From assembly GCA_964106915.2 (NCBI GenBank), contig OZ066917.1: a stretch of 64,000 bases of DNA; one strand, given 5' to 3'. Below are positions 48,201-57,822 of the stretch, in pieces (the first letter of the stretch is position 1; the number at the start of each line of letters is the position of its first letter). A program made the position numbers and the translations under genes. The notes under the pieces were generated by a model. That model saw only the letters and a program-made list of their open reading frames with translations, did no database searches and was not told the origin of the DNA. Source of the stretch: Podarcis gaigeae (Eukaryota).

Positions 48201-51200
48201 AGGCACCTCAGGTGAGATACCTACCTTTTGTGATATTTACTCTGTGGCTATAAAACCTTGGGTTGCTCTTCCCAGAGCAGCCTGCTTGGCCTAATCTTGT
48301 TTCTGAGGGTGAGAGTCAACATCACACCATCACATGTGACAGGATTTTACTTTGTTCCCAGAGCTCTGCATGCTCCTCCCATATCTACTCTGCAGGTTCT
48401 CCCAGTCTTTCATAGCAGATCCTGGGAGTGTACAACAGGCTGCGTGGGGGAGGAAGGGAAATATTTGTGTAACCAGAAATCGGTTGAGCAAGTGATACAC
48501 CATCATTGGATATCGCCCTAAATGTTTAGTGAGACCATTGATGTTTAGCTATTGATGAAGTCTTTGAGTCCTTTTATTCTTGTTAGTCTTTTATGCAGAA
48601 TGTCATCGTGTTACAAACTGCTTCCAATACTTGTATTTTGTGTTGCACCCTGCTTGGTGTATTCTGTGTATAGAAAGCCAGTACAATGGTACCTCAGATT
48701 ACATACACTTCAGGTGACATACGCTTCAGGTTACAGACTCCGCTAACCCAGAAATAGTACTTCAGGTTAAGAACTTTGCTTCAGGTTGAGAACAGAAATC
48801 GGGCTCCGGCTGCGCAGCATCAGCAGGAAGCCCCATTAGCTAAAGTGGTGCTTCAGGTTAAGAACAGTTTCAGGTTAAGTACAGACCTCCAGGACGTATT
48901 AAGTACTTAGCCCGAGGTACCAGTGTACTGAAATGTGATAGGTTCTGGAATTATGGAAAACCAACTAAATATTAAACCTAGACTGCATGAAATCCAATCT
49001 TAATCAACCCTTAGCTACCACTGGCATTACTAATATTGGAAAGCCAAATAAATAAATAAAGTTTAAAAGCACATTAAAACTTAGCATCCATTGAAAGTCT
49101 AGGCTGATGTTTAAATAAAAATATCCTAGTTACTTCAACATGTATGCTAACTCAACTCAATCCTTTTATTTGCAGAATCATCTGCAAATCAAGTCTGTCT
49201 ACTTTAACTCTATTTAAGAAATTCCCTCAAGGCCACTTCACATATTAGTTGTCATTCATAGGAGTTCTTCTATAAATCACTGCTCTCCTGGAAAACACAG
49301 CTTGGGAGGTATTTCTACCTATATTGGCTCAGGAGTTCAACTAAAAATTGCACAGGAGAATCTGGGAATACACACACAATGAACTGAAGCAACATCATAA
49401 AGAAGAGTGGGCCACAATCCCTCCACAAGGATCTGAGAGACTGATAAAGTCATATAGAAAGCGATTACAGTGGTACCTCTGGTTACGAACTGGAGGTCCG
49501 TTCTTAACCTGAAACTGTTCTTAACCTGAAGCACCACTTTAGCTAATGGGGCCTCCCACTGCTGCTGCGCCGCCGCCGCGTGATTTCTGTTCTCATCCTG
49601 AAGCAAAGTTCTTAACCCGAGGTACTATTTCTGGGTTAGCGGAGTCTGTAACCTGAAGCGCATGTAACCTGAAGCGTATGTAACCCAAGGTACCACTGAA
49701 TTACCCTCCAGCTAACATTTGGTTTCCGCCCCCCTCCCCAACAGACCAGCATGGTTTTCTGCAATTCGTCTCCTCTCAGCCAAGCCAAGAATGGAGAGGT
49801 GTTTCAAATGCTGTGCAAAACATTTCCTTCCACTGATTTCAGGTGCACACTAACCTTAAAATAAACAAGCCTTTGAAGTTCTTAAAGATATTGAGATTTC
49901 TGTTGAGTTAGCACTCCCTCTGCTCCCTTTTCTCTACAGTAGGGGTTGTTAACAAAGCAAAGGCCAGAGTGCACCCGTAAAAGCTTGTTTGCATTTATAG
50001 TGCGAACTGGAATGTCTCAGGTAATTAGATAAAATCCTGCATTGACCCAATGAGGCATAACACTGATAATACTGTGTACCTACTACATTCAGCAAATGTA
50101 GGTTTAAGACCTTTGCCTACCACACAGATAGAAGCCTGTAATCAAAATTGGACTCCCACATCTTGCTCTTAAAGCTGTTGGGTAAGTGTCGGGTTTAATA
50201 CAGGTAATTTTTCAACAATGACATTTATTTTTCATGCACTTGGAATGCGTCTCCTTATCACTGTCCATATAGACCCACTCCATCTGCATTGTGACCTGAC
50301 AGTAAAGTTTGTTTTAATGCATAGGAAGGTGAATGAAAGGATCAGCGTCTTTAAAAAAAAAAAAAAAAAACGCAGTGGAGATATCACTTTTCACATTATT
50401 TTATTTGCAAGTAACTCAAGCACATCATTTCTGTGTTTCTATTGTTCGGGGAAAATGTGATTTCTATCTGATGGCTTTTCACAACATTTCTACCTCACAT
50501 GGGAAGCCATTGTTGGCTTTCTGATCAAAGTGCCATGATGTTTTTACAAGAGATGACTGATGAGCTGTACAGACATAGATCATTGTCAAAGGTAGGGGGG
50601 AAATGATGGTAAATGCTTTTATCATTTTCCAAGTTCTTGTTAGAAAGGCTTTCCATTGATCAGCGGAGTAGCTAGAGAAAGCAGGAGTGATTACATTTGA
50701 TTAGGCTGCTTCAGATATAGTTACCTGTGTAATTTACGTTCCTTAAAATTGGGGCGGGGGTTCATTCATAAAGCTTAATGGTGTTTACCTGTGATTAGTA
50801 GGTGAGTTATTCCCCCCCCCCAAAAAAAGAAAAAAGCAGGAACAAAACTTTTATTATTTATTCTCTCACTTCCCAGAGTGATTGGTTGTTGCTTTGCAAC
50901 ACATAGCTCAAGGCTGGTGTGCTTTGTTTCCTGCCTTGCAGAATCCACTTTTTAAACTAAGCCACATGGCAAGTTGCTTCTGTGTACTGAGTGTGGTTCC
51001 CCCGCCCTCGCTCTCCATACTGTTCCTGTTTTCCTTTTTAACCATTTACAGTAGCAAATTGCTTGATCTGCATGCTTAACATCTGCACACCAGTGGTATA
51101 TACTATCTGTCAAACTAGCTTCAAGTTGGTTAGAGTCTTCATAGTGGGACCTTCGTCCATTTGCTTGCTGAGTTCAGGGCCAGGCCTAGCTGAATTGATA

Positions 51201-53172
51201 AGAGATTATTGATACTGTTTGAACCTTCTAGAGCTATTGTTCCAGCTTTTGGTTAGAATTAACTAGCGCAACCGACATTCTCCTCTGAAGTCTCTGAATA
51301 CTTATTTTTAAACACTGCACTTCTGTGCAGATTTTGGCTTCCTCCTTGTTAGTATTATTCAAACAGTACAAAAGGATTCGAAAACTTTCTTTATGAATTA
51401 GCTGTTTTCTGCACTTCCGCAACAGCTGCAGCAGAGGCGTGCCAGAAAAGTAGCTGGGGCTTTAAAATAATTTTTTAGAACACGTCTTTCCATTCCGTAG
51501 GCCTGCCAGGCAGCTTACAACAGTGGACTGGTTAAATCCAGACTTCTAAACCATCAAAAAAGCAAATAAAGTAGAATGTAATTTATTATATTGACAGAGA
51601 AGATAGCATGGAAAAACAAAAGAAATCATCACCACCCCAAAGCCATTAGCTGAAAGCTGACCTTATAGGCTTCATGGGAGATAGTATTCTATAGACAAGG
51701 TGCCATGACCAAAAAGGCCTTGCTCCTAATTGGTACAAATCCCCCAAAGGAAGGTTTTGGGCTACCTAAAAATGTTACGTACTGCAGTGTTCATATGAGG
51801 GAAGGCATTGTATTCATTGTATTCAATATACCTGTTCCCACTGTCTGTGCTAACTTTATTAAAATGGTGATTTGGTGAAAATCCAGCTCTAATTTATCTT
51901 TTCATAGTCTCTTAGTTAGGGTCTGTTTGTATATTATTTTCCCCAGGGGATTCTTTCCAGTTTACATTCTCCTTTCCTTCCCTCAGCTCACCCAATAAAT
52001 ATCTCCCTTATTGTTGCTTTAAGTAGGAATTAAATTAAGTTGGTTCCAAATTCCTGGTGGAAGAATCAACACACGCACTTGAAAGGCTTCAGATACTGCC
52101 AAGCAAACCATATTCTGTAGCTGATAATTGTCTTGGTGATTTAAAATGTATATTTTTTATTTTAAAAAATTGTCCCAAACTTTTGTAAACTTTGGCTTTC
52201 AACAATGTGTGTCTTTTGGGGTGGGGTGTAGTTTTCAGGTGTGACTCTTTTTGGAAGTGGAGTTAGAAGCACTAGATCGGATCCAGGCTCAGTTATTTGA
52301 ACTTTAACCCTGTTGAAATAATTGGTTTGTATCCTGACTAATCCTCTCCAAATGGGTTGGCTCCTTCTTTTCTCAAAGGGTACTGGGGTTGAGCAGAGGA
52401 TCTCAGGGATGACACAACATTTTTGGCTGATCTCCCAAACCCTCTGCTCTGCTCATATGGTACTCCAGATTGTCTCTCCCACACGCCAGAGCAATATTTT
52501 CAAGGGGGTACAGAGGGAAGGGGATTTCGGCAAAAGTCATCTCCTACCCTTATCCTTCTAGACTATGGGCGGTTGCATCTTCAGGCAGACCAGACCCTAA
52601 TCTCCATCACCCCATGCAGGCCAACTTTAACCAGTGGGTGGGACCACCCACCTGTCAATCACCTGATGTCATTGTGACATCAAGTGACTGAAACCCCAAA
52701 GAAGTCACTGTAACTGCCAGTCAGCTGATTGGTGGTTACAAGAAGCCCCTTTGATGCCTCTGCAAGTTGGTGCATGGGCAAGAGATTCCCCACCCCTGCT
52801 GTGGATCTTAAAAATATGTTCAAAGGTCTAGCAGCAAACTTGCAAAAATAGTTAGCCACTTACAACTGGCAGAATTTTAATTCCAGTGACAAAAGTGACA
52901 TATTTTAGGTGACATTATTCTTATGTTCTCTTTATTTATGGGGACGAGGAAAGGCAAAGATTTTGATCAGTTTTCCTACAGATAAGGTCTTCCTTCTCTT
53001 CTCCTGCCCCACCTTAGTATCATAGAGAAATAAATAAGATTTCCCCCACCCAATGAATATTTGGATCCCATCAGTTGTCAAGGGAAAAAAACAACTATCT
53101 GACTTTTAGAAGACATCTGAAGGCAGCACTGTTTATAAAAGTTTTTAATGTCTGATGTTTTATTGCAGCAGC

Positions 53173-53216
<44 letters not shown>

Positions 53217-56200
53217 CATTAATTCTGTTGGGAGCTGCCCAGAGTGGCTGGGGAAACCCAACCAGATGGGCGGGGTATAGATGATGATGATGATGATGAT
53301 GATGATTTACTGTTACATATATTTTTTGTAACGTGCTCAAATACTTGTGGACTACTTTATATCAAAATAAAGGATTTTTGAGGCAGAGCACTTGAGTAAT
53401 AATTGTTAACTGTTATTTATGCCTAATCAATCATTATTCCTTTTAAAGACTATTGGAGCACCTTTCGTTCCCCTATTCTGTTTGTTTACAGCTTTCCTCA
53501 AATACTCTCAATTTTAAAGCTATGTGAGTCTTTTTGTTGTTCCATTTACTGTCTAGTTGGCTGCTACAAGTTTTATGCCACTTGCATGTTTAAATATCCT
53601 TTCCCACTCAGGTAAGAGTTATGCATATGTGTAGCAGCAATTTTTTTGCAGCGCAAAGCTTGCTGCTACAACTTTCATAAACGTACATAGATTCAGAGTG
53701 CTCCCTACTGGTAGAACTGCTGTAAGACAACATTACAAAATTGGAAAGGTTGAAACTACATTATGTACTGAAAGTATATCTTTATCTCACAATGAGCAAC
53801 TTAAATCATCTCATCTTACTGAGTTATGGAAGTTCCTGCTATTGAGACCTGGAAGCCAACAATTTGTGTGTTGTGTTTTCTATCTGATTAGTTTTTGAAA
53901 AATTAAGGTGAGACATTTTCACTGCATAATAGCTGGGAGAGAAAACAGTGAACCTCAAGGCGATCTTGCTTATGTGTAGTGTTTGAGTTCCTTATAAATG
54001 TGAAAGCATTATCTTTACTATAAGAAATGGTTCGTATTCTCTGCTTATGAAAGGAATTAAGTTGCAACTATTGTTTGTTAGATTTATGCAGGATTTACAA
54101 ACAGAGGTGCAAGAGATGGAATTCATCCAATTTTCCAAAGGTCTAGCCTTCATGAGAAAAGAGGATTTTGTAGAGTGGTTGCTGTATTTTACTGAGCAAG
54201 AGAACAATGAAATTTATTGGCAAAATGTGAAGGAAAGAATCCAAGCAGGAGAGGTGCGTATGGAGTTTATAAACCCAAATGGCTTTTTTTTCTGGTGTAA
54301 TTGAATAACATTCTTCCTAAATCTAAAGTATAGCAAAGGCATTCATTTTTACTTGTTTTGTTGTTCCAATCTTTACCATCTTTACTTCTTCATTTTTTAT
54401 TACAGTTATATGTTTCTCCAAGGAGTTCAATGGTGTTGATGCTTCTCAGTCTCCCCATTTTATCCTCGCAAAAACCCTGGGATGTAGGCTAGGTTTAGAG
54501 ACAGTGACTGGCCCAAGGTCACCCAGTGAGCTTCATTGCTATGTAGAGACTCGATCCCTGGTCTCCCAAGTCTTAGTCCAGCACTCTAACCATTACACCA
54601 CAACTTTATAATAATATTAAATGCCTTAAGAAAATGCTTAGTTTTGAATCACTCACCTAAAAATAAATTAAGTAGGTCTATTTGGTATTTCAGAGTATCA
54701 GTTTGGAGGAATTTAAGACTTTCTGCCAGTTTACAAACCGCCTAGAAGATTTTTCAATTGCCTTGAAAATGTTCACGGTAGCCAGCCGCCCTGTTAAACG
54801 AGGTAAGGATAATTTTGCACATCAGAATGTTAAGCAAGAAAATACACTTTGCAAGTGACTTCTGAAAACTTGTGCTATAAACCTGTGTCATGTGGTGTTT
54901 TCTCCTTTTATAAAAGGATTCTGAGTCCCTTTCAGTTCCTTGCTACTTGTTTTGGACAACCAGTTGAAGATTACGGATCGCTATTTACTGGTGGCTGGGA
55001 GAAGCGGCAGTAGGAATTTTTCCTGGCATTTACTCCTCCTCTGTCAGCTGGGATCACCAGCTGATCACCAGCCACAACTGCTGCCTGCACTTGCAACTGA
55101 AAGATGGCAGCTTGCTGTCTTCTTCCATTCTTCAAGACAAGAAGTAGTGATTAGATCCCATTAAGAAGCTGAAAAAATAATATTAAGGACTTAGCATGCA
55201 ATGTTTTGATTGTTTATTTGACCACACAATTCAAATTATGTTTGTGCACTCAGAAGGAATAGTTTATTTGTTAAATTTATAGATCTTTCCACTATTCAGT
55301 TCCATAAACTGATCTATAATCTTCCTAGTTATTTTACGTTTTAATGGTAATGTATGGTGTGTTGTGCTTTTATTAGCCGAGTTCAAGAGAGCTGTGAAAG
55401 CTGTTACAGGACAGGAACTCTCAGAAAATGTTTTGGACACCGTCTTCAAGATCTTTGATTTGGATGGAGACAATTGCCTCAGCCATGCAGAATTCCTTGG
55501 AGTCCTAAAAAACAGGATGCATCGAGGCTTAAGGGTAATGAAGCCTTATTCCTAAAATAGAATGTTTAATGGACTAACTGTTTTTAATCAGTCAAGGTGC
55601 CAGCATATAGACCGTATAATCCTAGTGGGAGCAGTTTGTGAAAATAGGTAATTGTGGAAATTTTACAGGGCTACTGCTTTTAAGGTGGAATTAAAAACAA
55701 AGAGTTTTCTTATTAAGATGAACTTTTTATGGAACAGTTAGCTAGCCCATTAAGTTATTTCTTCTGATGTATGCTCATTAGACTTCACTGAACATCCAGT
55801 TGGTGAAGGGAGGCACAAACCATGTACCTCCATACCAACATATAACACACATCTACCAGATTAACCACTATCATTCAGTGCTAGCACAAGCAGAGACCAA
55901 GAGTGAGAAAGTGCTCCATGCCAGAAACTCCAGTAAGCCAAAAGCTTAGATTAGTAACGCCCAGATGGCTCAACAATAAGGTGTGACAGACCCCACAGGA
56001 GAAGACCAAAATATGCCCATCTGCTTTGTGAGGAGAACTTTTTCCTGGCTTCAGAGAGGTCTCTCTCTTAGACCCTAAAATTTAAACCCACACATACAGT
56101 GAAAACCTATCAAAGGAACTGATAAGCAGATTGAAATCTACCCAGCATAACACTTGATGTAGAATAACTAAGTTGTTGTTGTTGTTAAATTTGTATACAC

Positions 56201-57131
56201 AGTGGTACCTCTGGATACAAACAGGATCCATTCCGGAGCCCCGTTCGCATCCAGAAGCAACGCAACCCGCGTCTGCGCAGGTCGCAATTCGTCGCTTCCG
56301 CACATGCGCGTGATGTCATTTTGACCGTCTGCACATGTGCGAGTGGTGAAACCCGGAAGTAACGTGTTCCGTTACTTCCAGGTCACCACAGAGCACAACC
56401 CGAAAGAACTCAACCTGAAGCAACTTTAACCCGAGGTATGACTGTACTGCCCTTCATCTGTAGATCTCAGGGTGGTTCACAACATAAAAATACAAGATAA
56501 CAAGAACAGAATATCCCCAGAACAGGGGATGAAAGAAAGTTTCATTGCACAAGAGCAAATATTTACACTGATGGGATGAGTTAGTTGGCTACTGTCCATT
56601 AATAATTGTGTTAGGGATTTTATCCCCAACTCCATGGAAGTTAGCAGCCAGGTTTCTAATGGCCATAATGGATCAAGGTTAATGGGACAAGTCCAAATAA
56701 CTTAATTCATCATATTCAATCGTCTGTTTATTTGCTGTCCTTTATATACTGCTTCTGTGAGTATACTCGAAGTGTGATACAAATGAATAAGAGGATTGGG
56801 GAGGAACAGAAAAATAAGCAGATGAAGTACTCTTGTTCCTAGCTGCTCATAATGACTAGCTGGAATGGCCACTCCAGAGACAGCTCTTGGTGGGGAAGGA
56901 CCAAATGTCATTGGGTTTCATCCAAGTTATTGCCTTGCCTCTCTATCTGGTATAGCCAGCTTTAAAAAAATGAAACTTAAATGCAGTGTGGTAATTAATG
57001 TTGTTTTTTATTAAAAACAAAAACAGGTGCCTCAGCAGCAAGGAGTTCCAGGTTACTGGAAATGTGTGAAAAGGGAGAGCATTAAAGGAGCAAAAGAAGT
57101 CTGGAAACAAACTGGGAAAAGTCCCTTCTAG
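21121..57131 (+). CDS. MICU2: MICU2, mitochondrial calcium uptake protein 2 (spliced CDS span, exons 2-12; exon 1 not found in window)
   Basis: Eleven GT-AG exons (148, 32, 76, 48, 83, 66, 98, 172, 109, 158, 105 nt) join in frame to 364 aa plus TAG. The translation aligns colinearly with human MICU2 as recalled (RKQRFMQF..LE.EGEYYMTPRDFLFSVMF; GLISYTEYLFLLTILTKP; AEFKRAVK..TGQELS; YWKCVK.ESIKG.KEVWKQ). Confidence 0.97.
21748..21879. mobile_element. Small hAT-like MITE
   Basis: TIR cagtgctttttt / aaaaaagcacag; imperfect 8-bp TSD agtatagc / ggtatagt. Confidence 0.6.
21902..23336 (-). mobile_element. BovB LINE, 5'-truncated, about 1.4 kb, inactive RT
   Basis: Minus-strand ORFs give CSNYRTIALISHASK, GVRQGCILSPCLFNLY and LRYADDTTL. 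Frameshifts and stops near 23100 and 22530; FIGYAKAFD in place of FIDYAKAFD; 10-bp TSD atagagggct at 21892-21901 and 23337-23346. Confidence 0.96.
23795..24501. mobile_element. Tigger-like MITE (outer element of a nested pair)
   Basis: TIR cagtgttacatcggttctcaaac / gtttgagaaccaaggtaccactg, TA TSDs. Confidence 0.8.
24009..24223. mobile_element. Tigger-like MITE nested in the preceding MITE
   Basis: TIR cagtggtacctcgggtta / taacccgaggttccactg, TA TSDs; same family as 48684-48925 and 49468-49698. Confidence 0.88.
26595..26740 (+). mobile_element. tRNA-derived SINE with CR1-type 3' tail
   Basis: A box tagctcagttgg, B box ggttcgatccc, tail gatgatcc..ccccttccagctctgcagttctgtgat. Confidence 0.75.
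27040..27718 (+). mobile_element. L2 LINE 3' end interrupted by a MITE
   Basis: KVLVLSYKALNSSGLLYLRE..SPYE..TLR; 3' UTR gtgaactgccctgagatct with A-rich tail. Confidence 0.7.
27275..27501. mobile_element. Tigger-like MITE inserted in L2
   Basis: TIR tagcggtaccttggttct / agaactgaggtaccactg, TA flanks. Confidence 0.8.
27947..28302 (+). mobile_element. RTE-clade LINE 3' end (same family as 10243-10597)
   Basis: aaagaggtttaaagactctctcaaggcaaatc...gtgattgccaaagaagaaagaagaa tail. Confidence 0.75.
29021..29052 (+). CDS. MICU2: MICU2 exon 3 (RKTLAKKLTKK)
   Basis: Acceptor ttttttcttttacag|, donor AAG|gtaagc; 32 nt; matches human RKTSVKKLTKK. Confidence 0.93.
29164..29239 (+). CDS. MICU2: MICU2 exon 4 (EVESTLGNVAKTKPGPTFFRDLGDKG)
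   Basis: Acceptor tttgttcaaag|GAG, donor AAG|gtaatg; 76 nt; TFFRDLGDKG conserved. Confidence 0.93.
33088..33135 (+). CDS. MICU2: MICU2 exon 5 (GLISYTEYLFLLTILTK)
   Basis: Acceptor ttttgtttcag|, donor CAA|gtaagt; 48 nt; MICU-family motif. Confidence 0.96.
37608..37729. mobile_element. Small hAT MITE (122 bp)
   Basis: Perfect TIR taaggttaccagat / atctggtaacctta; perfect 8-bp TSD atctactg. Confidence 0.88.
38753..39118 (-). mobile_element. Sauria SINE, full length, second subfamily
   Basis: (AAAGGT)n tail at left, tatttatctacttgcac core, B box on minus strand; 12-bp TSD agtatttatgta at 38741-38752 and 39119-39130. Confidence 0.92.
39440..39522 (+). CDS. MICU2: MICU2 exon 6 (KPQTGFHIAFKMLDADGNEHLEKKEFFK), first canonical EF-hand
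   Basis: Acceptor tcattgcag|, donor AAG|gtatga; 83 nt; EF loop DADGNEHLEKKE. Confidence 0.96.
41355..41600 (+). mobile_element. tRNA-derived SINE (Squam3-like, L2-type tail)
   Basis: A box ggtgtagtggttaag, B box gggttcgcgtc, core gctgggtgactttgggctagtcac, (CTT)n tail. Confidence 0.85.
42163..43789 (+). mobile_element. L1-clade LINE, 5'-truncated, decayed
   Basis: KLTYRWYLTP and CWRGC...TYLHM*EECPKIQPFW (L1 ORF2 CCHC region); A-rich tail; 16-bp TSD agaaatgatgagtgtg at 42147-42162 and 43790-43805. Confidence 0.85.
43485..43671. mobile_element. Tigger-like MITE nested in the L1 3' UTR
   Basis: Degenerate TIR cagtagtacctc / gagataccacta. Confidence 0.65.
44063..44128 (+). CDS. MICU2: MICU2 exon 7 (LQKIIGTQDELKTALGDETLSQ)
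   Basis: Acceptor cttttgttttag|, donor CAG|gtaggt; 66 nt, phase 0 to 0. Confidence 0.92.
44457..45292. mobile_element. Tc1/mariner non-autonomous element with internal duplication
   Basis: TIR cagtggtgcctcgcaagacgaa / ttcgtcttgcggggcaccactg, TA TSDs, repeated ttcgtcttgcga subterminal motifs. Confidence 0.9.
47419..47516 (+). CDS. MICU2: MICU2 exon 8 (EPESEDPDINTMLLVHFFGRGGKKKLHYCEFHR)
   Basis: Acceptor ttttttcag|, donor CAG|gtagca; 98 nt; INT.L..HFFG..G..KLHY.EF motif. Confidence 0.94.
48684..48925 (-). mobile_element. Tigger-like MITE (orientation opposite to the 24009 and 49468 copies)
   Basis: TIR caatggtacctc / gaggtaccagtg; interior is the reverse complement of 49468-49698. Confidence 0.85.
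49468..49698 (+). mobile_element. Tigger-like MITE
   Basis: TIR cagtggtacctctggtta / taacccaaggtaccactg; near-identical interior to 24009-24223. Confidence 0.85.
53100..53306 (+). mobile_element. L2-type 3' end with (ATT)n and (GAT)n microsatellites
   Basis: ttttagaagacatctgaaggcagc...ccagagtggctgggg..ccagatgggcggggtata matches 2480-2610. Confidence 0.7.
54082..54253 (+). CDS. MICU2: MICU2 exon 9 (FMQDLQTEVQEMEFIQFSKGLAFMRKEDFVEWLLYFTEQENNEIYWQNVKERIQAGE)
   Basis: Acceptor ttgtttgttag|, donor GAG|gtgcgt; 172 nt. Confidence 0.96.
54400..54602 (-). mobile_element. tRNA-derived SINE (Squam3/MIR-like) in MICU2 intron 9
   Basis: gtgactggcccaaggtcacccag core and ctctaaccattacaccac head on the minus strand. 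Confidence 0.7.
54694..54802 (+). CDS. MICU2: MICU2 exon 10 (SISLEEFKTFCQFTNRLEDFSIALKMFTVASRPVKRA)
   Basis: Acceptor gtatttcag|, donor GAG|gtaagg; 109 nt. Confidence 0.95.
55377..55534 (+). CDS. MICU2: MICU2 exon 11 (AEFKRAVKAVTGQELSENVLDTVFKIFDLDGDNCLSHAEFLGVLKNRMHRGLR), second canonical EF-hand
   Basis: Acceptor gcttttattag|, donor AGG|gtaatg; 158 nt; EF loop DLDGDNCLSHAE. Confidence 0.96.
56200..56444. mobile_element. Tigger-like MITE inserted in a minus-strand L2 tail
   Basis: TIR cagtggtacctc / gaggtatgactg; flanks (GTT)n..ttgtata and ctgcccttcatctgtagatctcagggtggttcacaacat. Confidence 0.75.
57027..57131 (+). CDS. MICU2: MICU2 exon 12 coding part (VPQQQGVPGYWKCVKRESIKGAKEVWKQTGKSPF*)
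   Basis: Acceptor aaaaacag|GTG; TAG at 57129-57131; YWKC cysteine codon at 57063-57065, which corresponds to the MICU1-MICU2 disulfide Cys. Confidence 0.95.
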   Translation: MPQQQGVPGYWKCVKRESIKGAKEVWKQTGKSPF

Positions 57132-57816
57132 AAAAAAGAGCATCGTTTTACAACTATAAATGTCTGGGTTTGCTTTTGGTGTATGTTTGTTTACATAATG
57201 GCTATATTTGATAGAATAGAATATCTTTATACAATTGAGTGTTGAACAAATGTATTTTCTCATTATAATTCTACAGTATTTATCAGTATAATCACCATTG
57301 ATGGGGGACTATTACAATTTCCAGATTTCATAAGGTGTTTTAATTTCCAATAGTACTGAAGTTCTAAAAAATGGATACTATCAAAATCCCTGAATTGATC
57401 AGTCTACCTGGAATTTAGTAGAAATTTCTCATTTTGCATTTGTTTCATAAGAAAAGCACGTTCTGTTAACAGGGCTGAAAGACCTTAAAGGATATCCTGT
57501 GACCAGAAAGAAGAAAAGCCTGAAACCTACAACTCCAGAATGAATTTTATAAAGCAACAATCATTTTAAAACTACAATCCTCAGCTGCCTCACAGATTTC
57601 ACTAGTTCTGAACAATTACTGGACTGAAACTTTGTATATTCCTGTATATTTTTCTTCTAATTTATACAAATATATTTTTGACTATTCTGTTTGCAGTATG
57701 CTTTGCATCTCTCACTCCAGCCTGGAAATAGGAACATGTTTACATAAACTGGAAGACTGTAAATGGTGTGAATTTGTATAGACAAAAAGTGGCATGCAGT
57801 CAAGAAATGGGTGGAA

Positions 57817-57822
57817 AATAAA
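57817..57822 (+). terminator. Candidate polyadenylation signal for MICU2
   Basis: First AATAAA I found after the stop codon (about 690 nt downstream), followed by a GT/T-rich tract. Further AATAAA at 58391, 58478 and 58501. Confidence 0.4.
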
